DNA of 64,000 nucleotides from Parcubacteria group bacterium Gr01-1014_8 (GTDB lineage Bacteria; Patescibacteriota; Minisyncoccia; Phycocordibacterales; UBA2100): NCBI GenBank assembly GCA_007376385.1, contig VMGC01000003.1, positions 69,259 to 133,258 of the forward strand, read 5' to 3'. Shown piece by piece: positions 54,864 to 64,000 of this stretch (position 1 is its first letter; each line of letters starts with the position of its first letter). The notes under the pieces were generated by a model. It saw only the letters and a program-made list of their open reading frames with translations, ran no database searches and was not told where the DNA came from. The position numbers and the translations under genes were made by a program.

Positions 54864-57562
54864 TGCCGTATACTGCAGGAGTGGAGCTCTTCTCGCGGCA
54901 TCGCACGAAGTTTTTATACGGCGCTGCCGGCATTTCGGCATTCCTGATTGCCGCAAGCATCGTGTATCCCCCTCTGTGGCTGCTCGTTTTTGCGGCCCCC
55001 GCGCCTTTCTTCGCGGCCCTTCTCTCGCGTGAGATCGTTTCTTCCCGCATACATGCCATAACTGCGGGATCCGTATTCGGCATCGTCTTCAACGGCGTCA
55101 TCAATGCAAGCGGATGGGCAGTATACCCCCTCGACTGGATAGGGGTCGACGCTCCCTTGCTTTCAGCGGCGATGATCGGCATTGCCTGGATCTTGCTTTC
55201 ATGTCTGATGGGGATTACCAGCGCATTTTTTGCATTGCTCATTTTCGAGATAAGAAATCGGCACCACTCCGATATTTTTCTGATCTCAAGTATTGGCATC
55301 ATTTGGCTCATTGCCGAATCGTTCCGCGTGTTCCTCTTTTCCATCTTTATGCTTGGTGCGGAAAGCGGCCTCGATATTGGATTCTCCCTCGGCTCGGTCG
55401 GATATGCGTTCGGAAATGCATCAAGCGAATTTTGGATAGCTCTCGCCAGGTGGGGAGGTGTTGCCCTCCTCTCGCTGTTTCCCATTCTGCTTGCAGCAAG
55501 CTTATCCTTCGCCATCGCCGCATGTATACGCAAAAAAAATGGAGTGCGTCGGTACCTCCTGTTATCGGGTGCCATTCTGTTCGTATTCCTCGGCAGTTCA
55601 GCTGCCGCAAGCTTTGCCGCCGAGCGGGCTCGCGGTTCAACAAGTGCCTGGAAAGATACTCCAAAACTGACGATCGTGATGGCGCAAACGAATTTTCCTG
55701 CTCAACTCACGCTGAGCACTGAAGAAAACGCCGAGCGGACGGATGTTGTCTTTGACATCGCAGAAACGCTGAAACGGCTTGCCATCAAACCCGACGCGCT
55801 CATCCTACCGGAGGGCATAGGATCTCGCATCGATCTATCGAACTACGCCGCGATATCCGAACTTTTGCCGGATAAGACATTACTCGTTCATGGAAAATAC
55901 GAACACCGTATCGGGAAGCCGTCCGTCGTACAAGTCCGCTCGCACGTTATCGGAGGCGGTACAGAGGTCACTGACAAGCAATTCATCATTCCATACGGCG
56001 AATACCCTCCCTATCATCTGCAGCTGCCCTTGAAGTACCTCAACTACCGGCTTTACGCGGCTTTAAAAAAGAATCGAGAGTACGTCGGCGGAAACAACGT
56101 TGCTCTCGGCAGTGCGGCAAAGATACCGGTAGGAGTGCGGATGTGTTCGGAAATATTTTCTTCACGGCTCTACAAAGACTTAACAGCTACGCATGGTGCG
56201 GGAATCCTCGTGCATTCATCTTCAATTGCCATGTTCCACGACTCAAATTTTATCCAGCGGGAAATGCGCTCGGCGGCGCGCATCCGAGCTGTCGAGAATC
56301 GCGTCCCGCTCGTGCAAGCCATGAACGGTGCGCGCGGAACTGCTTTTGATTGCCGCGGAAAAGAGCTTATCCCCGAATTCTCATCCGCACTTTTCAACGT
56401 ATATTCCATTTCACGCGAAGCATCGTGCGTAGGAGAAAATGTCAACGAGCGGGCGCGACCTGCACAAAGCCGGCTCTCATGGAATAAAAAAATGAAAGCC
56501 GCAGCTTTACATGCGTGGTATTCGCTCTTTCCGGAACAGGCCGCTAAAAAGCTCGGTGGTCTGAACATGATGCAGATAAGTATACGGGAAACAGAACTCG
56601 AATATTGGATGCGGATTTTCGGTTACAAGAACATTTTTGACGAGATAGAGAAAGACGGTTTAGATCCCCTGCAACGGCCCGCTGATGCGCGCGTCGTTGT
56701 CGGCCAATGTCACACGCAAGCTCACTATGCGGGGCGGATGGCTGTAAAATTGTTTAACCTGTCAGCACTCACCGAAAATATTATTGATATTCGATGTGGA
56801 TTCGGCTTTTATCACGGGATCATAGAAGCCTCGCTCGGAAATTTGGGAAGTGATAGAAACGTCAAATCATTTTCCGAGAAGTGCCAAGCATATGGAGATA
56901 ACCCCCTGCGTCGAGCCTCCTGCTTACACGCACTTGGCCATGGTCTCATGGTGTTCTACAATTACGACCTTCCAACGGTGCTCGAAAAATGCAGTTCTCT
57001 CCCCTCATCAGATCTTGGAAAAAAGCTGTGCTACCACGGGGCTTTTATGGAAAATATTTTCTCTGATCTGGGATTCGGTGTGTCAGAGCACGAATCGGAG
57101 TGGATAGGCGGAAGCGATCCGGACTTCCCTTGCGTGGCAAAATCCCTCGATTCACTACCAGCCGCAGTACGGGAGCAGTGTTATGCGAATCAATCTCTTG
57201 TGTGGGGTTTAAAGCGCGGCGGATTTGACTTTAACAACGCACAGACAGGCTGCGTGCGTGCACCACGAGAAGTAAGAGATATGTGCTTCATCGCAATCGG
57301 CTATAACGCAGCATTGCCAATAGCGCATGCCGACGAGAGAAAGGTTATCGAAGGGTGCGCAACTATGCCGGGATCTTCCTATGAAAAAAAATGTCTTGTG
57401 GGCGCATTGCTGATCCGCAGCACATTGTGGCCATCAGAAGCAGGTCTGAAAAACCCTCTATTTTGTTCCGCTCTCGGATATAACGACCTTGCACTGTGTG
57501 AAAATTTCGTCAAAGAAACGCTCGATTGGATATTCGAAACAGAAAAGGAGCCTGCACGTTAA
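54863..57562 (+). CDS. Fusion: Lnt-like polytopic membrane plus carbon-nitrogen hydrolase (apolipoprotein N-acyltransferase-like) domain, joined to C-terminal Cys-repeat modules paralogous to the upstream gene (ORF-track start 54773; ATGA-coupled start at 54863 preferred)
   Basis: About 8 N-terminal TM helices; CN-hydrolase triad context ILPEG ... K ... VRMCSEIF; C-terminal CQAYGDNPLRRASCLHALGHGLMVFY-type repeats. Confidence 0.6.
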   Translation: MPYTAGVELFSRHRTKFLYGAAGISAFLIAASIVYPPLWLLVFAAPAPFFAALLSREIVSSRIHAITAGSVFGIVFNGVINASGWAVYPLDWIGVDAPLLSAAMIGIAWILLSCLMGITSAFFALLIFEIRNRHHSDIFLISSIGIIWLIAESFRVFLFSIFMLGAESGLDIGFSLGSVGYAFGNASSEFWIALARWGGVALLSLFPILLAASLSFAIAACIRKKNGVRRYLLLSGAILFVFLGSSAAASFAAERARGSTSAWKDTPKLTIVMAQTNFPAQLTLSTEENAERTDVVFDIAETLKRLAIKPDALILPEGIGSRIDLSNYAAISELLPDKTLLVHGKYEHRIGKPSVVQVRSHVIGGGTEVTDKQFIIPYGEYPPYHLQLPLKYLNYRLYAALKKNREYVGGNNVALGSAAKIPVGVRMCSEIFSSRLYKDLTATHGAGILVHSSSIAMFHDSNFIQREMRSAARIRAVENRVPLVQAMNGARGTAFDCRGKELIPEFSSALFNVYSISREASCVGENVNERARPAQSRLSWNKKMKAAALHAWYSLFPEQAAKKLGGLNMMQISIRETELEYWMRIFGYKNIFDEIEKDGLDPLQRPADARVVVGQCHTQAHYAGRMAVKLFNLSALTENIIDIRCGFGFYHGIIEASLGNLGSDRNVKSFSEKCQAYGDNPLRRASCLHALGHGLMVFYNYDLPTVLEKCSSLPSSDLGKKLCYHGAFMENIFSDLGFGVSEHESEWIGGSDPDFPCVAKSLDSLPAAVREQCYANQSLVWGLKRGGFDFNNAQTGCVRAPREVRDMCFIAIGYNAALPIAHADERKVIEGCATMPGSSYEKKCLVGALLIRSTLWPSEAGLKNPLFCSALGYNDLALCENFVKETLDWIFETEKEPAR

Positions 57563-57565
57563 GAC

Positions 57566-57589
57566 AAAACCCGCCTCTCGGCGGGTTTT
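57566..57589. terminator. Bidirectional rho-independent terminator between the convergent Lnt-like gene and rpsJ
   Basis: aaaacccgcc-tctc-ggcgggtttt. Confidence 0.6.
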
Positions 57590-57609
57590 GTGGTGGGAGG
57601 CAACGCCTC

Positions 57610-58005
57610 TTACATCATCTTTACGTCAATTGAAACGCCGGATGGGAGGTCAATGTTCGTCAACGCTTCAATTACTTTCGGTGCGGGATTCAAAATATCT
57701 ATCATGCGCTTGTGGATGCGCATCTCGAATTGTTCCCGAGAATCTTTATCAATGAATGCAGCGCGATTGACCGTGTATTTCTTGATATCGATTGGAAGCG
57801 GAACAGGTCCGACTATCTTTGCGTTGTAGCGGTTCGCTGTATCGATTATCTGCTTGACGGAGGCATCCAAGACACCGTGTTCATAGGCACGCACCTTTAT
57901 GCGCAAACGATGAGCGCCTGCGGCATCAGCTTTCTTCGCCCTCGCTTTCGCGGGAGCCTTAACGGTCTTGGTTGCTGTCATAGAACGCTGGAGAGTATGC
58001 ACCAA
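57610..58005 (-). CDS. rpsJ: 30S ribosomal protein S10 (N-terminal extension), displaced from rplC
   Basis: HRLRIKVRAYEHGVLDASVKQIIDTANRYNAKIVGPVPLP...FEMRIHKRMIDI. Confidence 0.9.
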   Translation of the reverse strand: MVHTLQRSMTATKTVKAPAKARAKKADAAGAHRLRIKVRAYEHGVLDASVKQIIDTANRYNAKIVGPVPLPIDIKKYTVNRAAFIDKDSREQFEMRIHKRMIDILNPAPKVIEALTNIDLPSGVSIDVKMM

Positions 58006-58529
58006 ATGGCTGGAAAAGGCAATAATGTGAGCCTGGTCGCATCCAAACGGAGCACTATCCCCACTGCCTTGAATTTCGGCTCAAAATCAGGGCTATACTA
58101 GAGAGGCTATAGCAATTGCGCCGTAAATCGTAGAAGCCCCCGTTGCCGGGGGCTTCTACTTTTTGGGCCATTACGACTCGTTTTAGCTGCGACTCCAGAG
58201 GTATAGGCTGCTTGACCATGACTCTGGCAGTTGGAATTTCAGATTGCTCCGAGACCCCATCTACGCGTTCACTTACTCTCTGACCCAATTATCCGGAGTG
58301 ACTAGACCTAAGCCGAATCTAGCGAACCTCGGAAGCGTCGAGTGGATTTCCTATCTTGCAAAAGGTCATCCGCTTTTCGCTGTAGCGCCGTAAAGCGTTA
58401 CAAGAGTGACTATACCAAAGACAAATTATGCGCACATTGAGCCAAAAGAGTGGAAAATGTGGAAATCGAGTTGATAAGGGTGTTGAAAACTCTTTCTCTG
58501 CTAGGTTCGGGGAAGAAAAGGCCTGATTT

Positions 58530-58685
58530 TTACTGTTTTCTGGAAAAATCAGCCCAGAGAGACATAACTCCTAGCGCAAGAAACAGGGCGGCCTCTATCC
58601 AATTGCTTCTTTGGATAGCTTCTATCAGAGCTATGCCGAAAAAAATAACAAACACGGCGAGATTCAAGAACGCTGGAAGTTTCAT
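58530..58685 (-). CDS. Candidate 51-aa two-TM micro-protein (MKLPAFLNLAVFVIFFGIALIEAIQRSNWIEAALFLALGVMSLWADFSRKQ)
   Basis: Hydrophobic hairpin ORF below the ORF-track cutoff; no further support. Confidence 0.25.
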   Translation of the reverse strand: MKLPAFLNLAVFVIFFGIALIEAIQRSNWIEAALFLALGVMSLWADFSRKQ

Positions 58686-58733
58686 AGCGCAAGTATACTA
58701 TCTCTCATCCCTCAAATTCTCAGAGCAAATTGC

Positions 58734-59156
58734 TCACTCCCACAAGCCGAATTTCTTTGTGAGCGCCGAGACTTCGTCGTTCGGACCGAAAACGCCTACC
58801 GCGAGAAACTCGATATCTTTCACGTCTTTGCTTTCGAGCGCACGCTGCAGATCCTCGTCATTAGTGTGGTCGATCATTTCTCTAATGAATACATAATGCA
58901 AGATGTTCGTAACTTTCACCCTTTCAAATAAATTCTTCAGTTGTTCGTCGCTCCCTGCGCGCTTAATGATGATTGGGTACTGCGAATTGCGCGGGAAATT
59001 TACCTTGTCTTTGCTCGTGAAGTATTTCCCCGTTCCAAAAGAATCTCCCAGCTTATTTCCCACGAACGCAGATACATGAGCGACTGCATTCGCGAACTGC
59101 CACCCCGGCAGATCTTTTCGCGCAACAATTATCAACCTTTGCGAAAAATCCTGCAT
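58734..59156 (-). CDS. Hypothetical protein, possibly DUF2000-like
   Basis: IIVARKDLPGWQFANAVAHVSAFVG pattern recalled from the DUF2000 family; weak. Confidence 0.35.
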   Translation of the reverse strand: MQDFSQRLIIVARKDLPGWQFANAVAHVSAFVGNKLGDSFGTGKYFTSKDKVNFPRNSQYPIIIKRAGSDEQLKNLFERVKVTNILHYVFIREMIDHTNDEDLQRALESKDVKDIEFLAVGVFGPNDEVSALTKKFGLWE

Positions 59157-59158
59157 AT

Positions 59159-59491
59159 TCAGTCGAGTTTTTCTTCGTTACTGGCGTCAGTCGCAGGAAC
59201 ATTGAATTCGAATAACTTCATTGAACCTTTGTATGAGTATTCATCGCCACTTTCGAGGATTATGAGGTCGTATTGTTCTACTTCGGTGCTGCCGCCGTTG
59301 ATTGTGAACATGCCAGAGCCTTCGAGTACAAAATACACTCGCGCCGCGCCTTTCAGGCGCGTCTTGTAATGTCCTGTCAGACAATCCACCAAAAGCGCAT
59401 TGAATCCTTTGTTGTCTTTTTTCTGGGTATACAAATTGCCCTTGAACTCGCCCCTATCAAACGCCTCGGTTTCTTTGAGAGAGATTTTCAT
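59159..59491 (-). CDS. Cupin-domain protein
   Basis: VYFVLEGSGMFTINGGSTEVEQYDLIILESGDEYSY two-motif cupin pattern. Confidence 0.6.
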   Translation of the reverse strand: MKISLKETEAFDRGEFKGNLYTQKKDNKGFNALLVDCLTGHYKTRLKGAARVYFVLEGSGMFTINGGSTEVEQYDLIILESGDEYSYKGSMKLFEFNVPATDASNEEKLD

Positions 59492-59534
59492 GCCTGAATT
59501 CTAGCTCGAAACTAGGCCACAATCGTGCCAGTTT

Positions 59535-59771
59535 TTATTCCGACAACGACTGACTGTTTCGCGCTTCAATACGACGACTAAAATGAATTAACAATAGACC
59601 GGGAGCCAGCGTCAGCAAATTCACTATAAAGCTTGCATAGTTAAACGGATTAAAGAGCCATAGAAAAGCCCGAATACCGTCAGAAAGAAGAACCCCGATA
59701 GACCCGATGAGAATTAGAGTAAATCCTACACAAAGTAGTACATAACCTATTACCCGAAGTGCTCGTCCCAT
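59535..59771 (-). CDS. Small two-TM membrane protein, hypothetical
   Basis: Two hydrophobic helices. Confidence 0.4.
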   Translation of the reverse strand: MGRALRVIGYVLLCVGFTLILIGSIGVLLSDGIRAFLWLFNPFNYASFIVNLLTLAPGLLLIHFSRRIEARNSQSLSE

Positions 59772-59843
59772 AATTCGTTTACTATACCTCTACATTAGAA
59801 GTATTCCAGACCTCCAGTGATAGTTACAACCTCGGCCTCCACC

Positions 59844-60296
59844 TTAGTTTTGTGCCGTCTTTGCAGATGTTTGGAAAAGAGTTACGGCCTGCTCAAGCAA
59901 ATACTGCTGAACAATTCCAACATCAGTATCTCCTTTGATTTCTCTAAACCCAACAAAAGCAAAGTTAACTGGGACTTTTGTGGAAATCTTTTTACTAATT
60001 AACAGAGTTCTGACTTGAGAATCATCAATGTACAGCTTTCCCTTCAAGCAATCCAAGATGGTTTTAGACATGTTGTCGACATCTCTTTCCGCGTACTCTT
60101 TCTTACTTGCGAAAAATTGTAAAACAGAAACAAAAACCTCCTTTTTTGAAGGAAGATTGGCCGACTTTAATATTTCAGGTGGAATTTTTGACTCTACAAC
60201 TTTTTTAAACGCGGTGACACGGTTGCCCTCCCGCTCATCTTGCTTAGACGGAATAAGCTCGGTTAACCCAAATTTATAGTCAAACTCTTGTGTCAT
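59844..60296 (-). CDS. RusA-like Holliday-junction resolvase (phage-type endodeoxyribonuclease)
   Basis: DVDNMSKTILDCLKGKLYIDDSQVRTLLISKK matches the RusA catalytic Asp cluster pattern. Confidence 0.5.
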   Translation of the reverse strand: MTQEFDYKFGLTELIPSKQDEREGNRVTAFKKVVESKIPPEILKSANLPSKKEVFVSVLQFFASKKEYAERDVDNMSKTILDCLKGKLYIDDSQVRTLLISKKISTKVPVNFAFVGFREIKGDTDVGIVQQYLLEQAVTLFQTSAKTAQN

Positions 60297-60307
60297 TTAG
60301 TTTCAGA

Positions 60308-60496
60308 CTACCTTTTCGCGCGAAAGGATACCGGAGTTTTAACCGGAGTTTTCTCCGTTGCCGTGAACTTAACTTTCTCACCTTCTTTAGTGTAAAAGCT
60401 CACCGTTACGGGCTTATCTTTGTATTGCGTAGCAATAAATGTGACTATCTTCTTCGCCATACAGTACAAGCTAACAGATAGATAATAAGATTTCAA
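60308..60496 (-). CDS. Small hypothetical protein (62 aa)
   Basis: ORF only. Confidence 0.3.
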   Translation of the reverse strand: MKSYYLSVSLYCMAKKIVTFIATQYKDKPVTVSFYTKEGEKVKFTATEKTPVKTPVSFRAKR

Positions 60497-60612
60497 TGAA
60501 GATGTCCAATATCAAATTTAAGCCAAAGACACCTTGGTTTCTTTGAAAAAGATTTTGATGAGTTTACTATAACAAACCTCCGCACAATCAATTACGGCAA
60601 ATTCGTACGCTT

Positions 60613-61380
60613 CTATATGCCATAGACATATGAAATATCTTTAAGTAGTTCCACGTTAAAGCCGGAATTCTCCAAGATATATTTTATATAGGCGACGCGT
60701 GCGCTTTCCTCCTGTGCATTTTCCTCATTTTCACTTAAATAAGGACTTCCTAAAGCGTAAACACGATAAGAGCCTATTTTTACGTGCGTGGAACCGTCAT
60801 ATAGTCGCTTCTCCTCATACGTATAGAAATCCTCCAGAGAACTTGAACTAAACGAGTAATTGGTCGCGTAAATACACGTATTTTTTTCGGGACTGTAAAA
60901 TACAAAATCTAACTTCTCATCTTTTGCTAATTTGCTTTGAATTGTGTTGGCCAAATTGCCGCACGCCGTGTTTCGTTCGAAGAAATCCTTATTGTTAGAT
61001 TGCTTTTCATAAATTCTATCCCTTAGATCCAAAATGTAAGACTTCAATCGGTCATCTTTATATATTTCATTTATCGAAAGGAGGGTCATTGTGGCCTCAA
61101 GATTCTTAGTTATTTCTTCCTCATTTTTTGCCAAATACTCTCGATAATATTTAAGTTCATCTGCGTTTAACAGCGCCGCATAATATTGAAAATTGGCGTA
61201 AAAATCTTTATCTTTTCCTAATTCGTTAAGCTTGCGCTCTAAATTACTAGTCGAACTAACTATGTGCCCATTTTGATTGGCATACATAAAAGTCGCCAGG
61301 GAGCCTGCGGCAGCACCGATTAGTAGGCTCGCGAGTATGAGTGCTGATTTTCTCATTGTGTTTAGGGAGAGGTCTCGCAA
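60613..61380 (-). CDS. Hypothetical signal-anchored exported protein
   Basis: N-terminal TM ALILASLLIGAAAGSLATFMY; Lys/Glu-rich extracellular domain. Confidence 0.5.
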   Translation of the reverse strand: MRDLSLNTMRKSALILASLLIGAAAGSLATFMYANQNGHIVSSTSNLERKLNELGKDKDFYANFQYYAALLNADELKYYREYLAKNEEEITKNLEATMTLLSINEIYKDDRLKSYILDLRDRIYEKQSNNKDFFERNTACGNLANTIQSKLAKDEKLDFVFYSPEKNTCIYATNYSFSSSSLEDFYTYEEKRLYDGSTHVKIGSYRVYALGSPYLSENEENAQEESARVAYIKYILENSGFNVELLKDISYVYGI

Positions 61381-61642
61381 ATCGCCCCGTCACAATACGC
61401 CTGTGCAATGGTGTAGGTCAAGAGCCTCATGGATTTTATTGAAGAAAAGCAGTGATTAGGCCATCATTTAACTCTTATTATCCACTCGCACCTTTCCCCT
61501 GCTAAACTATCCGCATGAACAACAAAGAGACCTATCTGTACCACCAAATCTATCCCCTTAAGTTAGCCACGGATTAGACTGCAGGTCTCGTCATTACTCT
61601 TCTCTCGTAGCTCCACAAGATATTAGGTTTTTGCGGAAATTC

Positions 61643-61978
61643 CTACATCTTCGGCATCGGGAGGCATTCCATAACCTCGACTCTTTCGCCGGGGAAAATC
61701 GTGAAGTGCGGATGATTGATGAAGAGTTTTGCCGCCTCTTCTTGCGATTCTGCCTGTACAATCGTCCATGCTCCCATCTCGTTGCTCGTATCTGAAATAC
61801 CGTTTTTGTCGACACGCTTCGTCTTGCCGAGTGGTGAACCCATGTCAACGATGTCGCCTTTGTGATCCGTCGCCCACTTGCTCCACTGCTCCATCCCCTC
61901 TTTCATCGTTGCCTCGTTTGGTTTCCAGTTTTTCATTCTATCGGGTGAACCGAGAAATACTGCCATGTAGTTTTTCAT
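61643..61978 (-). CDS. Small alpha+beta protein, possibly YciI-like/Dabb family
   Basis: Length and hydrophobic pattern (MAVFLGS...AWTIVQAESQEEAAKLFINHP); weak. Confidence 0.35.
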   Translation of the reverse strand: MKNYMAVFLGSPDRMKNWKPNEATMKEGMEQWSKWATDHKGDIVDMGSPLGKTKRVDKNGISDTSNEMGAWTIVQAESQEEAAKLFINHPHFTIFPGERVEVMECLPMPKM

Positions 61979-62041
61979 ATCGTTTGATTGTTACTTTTAT
62001 TCCGTGATTATAGCCTGAAGTTTGAAAATGATTGCCACGAA

Positions 62042-62305
62042 TCATTCGAGAATCCCAAAGGGATTTGCATTTTCTTCTACAATCTCCACAGTATGGTGTC
62101 TAACACCGACCGCAGACAAGGCGGTGATAATACCTCGCGGCACATGGAAACAATCACTGTATTTACCGTGATTAATACAAACTTCGTATGCATATAATTC
62201 TCCGGTCGATTCGTACCGCACCGTCTCAGTTTCAATTCCCCCGAAGAAAATGGCACTAGCAAGAAGGAGTATGATACCGCCGATGAAGACGTATGACTTA
62301 CGCAT
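62042..62305 (-). CDS. Small exported hypothetical protein
   Basis: Signal-peptide-like N-terminus MRKSYVFIGGIILLLASAIFFGG. Confidence 0.4.
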   Translation of the reverse strand: MRKSYVFIGGIILLLASAIFFGGIETETVRYESTGELYAYEVCINHGKYSDCFHVPRGIITALSAVGVRHHTVEIVEENANPFGILE

Positions 62306-62386
62306 GGCAAAATCGTAGCACGAAAAAGTCCGCCGAAAGGCGGATTTTTCGTGCTGGATATTTCCCTAGTCGCTATTGGCTAGTGG

Positions 62387-63586
<1,200 letters not shown>

Positions 63587-64000
63587 ACAATATTAGTTCT
63601 TAGTAATTAGCCACTAGCGACTAGATAGCGGCCACTGATAATCGGGCTAAAGCCCTCATATCGTGTCTTCGCTCGGACGAAATGTAAGCAAGCTTCCACT
63701 TCGATTCCTCGCTAGCCACGATAAAATTTACTAACGCCAACGCGAGTGAGACGAAACGTCTCGTTGCTCCGGTATTTTTCTGCCGTCCCCTTCTTCGCTG
63801 ATTTACGGTTCGCTACGCCGCACGAAGGAAATTTCGGGCAAAAATATACGCACGGAGCGTGCGTGAGGGCATAGTAACAGAAGCCTAAAAAGCGTCAAGA
63901 TATTGTACGGGTCCAGTACATTTGGCACTCTCGTGCCGGTAATGCAGCAATGATACATTGAAGCGGAGATCGCAGCGAGAGCGACTCATGCGGACGTTCT

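Noticed and set aside
58450-58931. Track ORFs 58450-58896(+) and 58611-58931(+)
   Set aside because: They have low-complexity, Ser/Arg-rich, atypical composition, overlap the convergent 58734-59156 gene, and have no motif. They are likely non-coding.
63587-64000. tRNA genes upstream of tuf (common tRNA-Thr/Tyr/Gly/Thr-tuf arrangement) and elsewhere
   Set aside because: No cloverleaf-compatible T-arm/acceptor pairing found by eye; a TTCGATTCC-like string at about 63700 lacks complementary stems. No tRNA is called anywhere in the window.

Overview
The window reads as a small-genome, CPR/Patescibacteria-like bacterial chromosome segment. This lineage call is an inference from gene content only: ribosomal proteins with N-terminal extensions, no rpmD, weak Shine-Dalgarno sequences, scattered GIY-YIG genes, and many signal-anchored hypothetical proteins. 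Most of the window is housekeeping. It holds ftsH; smpB with an adjacent tmRNA; a GH13 enzyme with a GT4 glycosyltransferase; a lexA-dinB SOS pair with a palindromic operator; kbl-tdh; thrC; a secreted SNase/Excalibur nuclease and an M15 peptidase; infC-rpmI-rplT; ndk; purD; and map-adk-gmk-secY followed by a long minus-strand ribosomal-protein operon from rplO to rplC. rpsJ and tuf sit further on. The canonical tuf-rpsJ-rplC arrangement is broken by two inserted segments. The larger one (about 41.2-57.6 kb) carries what looks like a previously undescribed YcaO + SagB-type dehydrogenase system. This system resembles thiazole/oxazole-modified peptide (TOMM/LAP-type) RiPP machinery. It also includes a phosphoribosyltransferase-beta-propeller fusion, two tandem PaaK-like adenylating enzymes, an Lnt-like N-acyltransferase fused to novel Cys-repeat modules with a paralogous Cys-repeat protein, a polytopic membrane protein, and two small Cys-rich candidate precursor peptides. 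One of these has a microcin-B17-like Gly/Ser/Cys/Asp core. Other notable signals are listed below. A ~130-nt structured repeat occurs three times inside the ribosomal operon, each copy abutting the start codon of the next gene. A GIY-YIG nuclease domain sits in-frame inside the adenylation domain of an acyl-CoA synthetase-like protein, and a standalone GIY-YIG gene lies elsewhere. An orphan TraD/VirD4-like ATPase is present. The tmRNA has a long perfect hairpin overlapping its 5' end. Near-consensus promoters occur inside and upstream of the ribosomal operon. No rRNA, tRNA or CRISPR array was seen.
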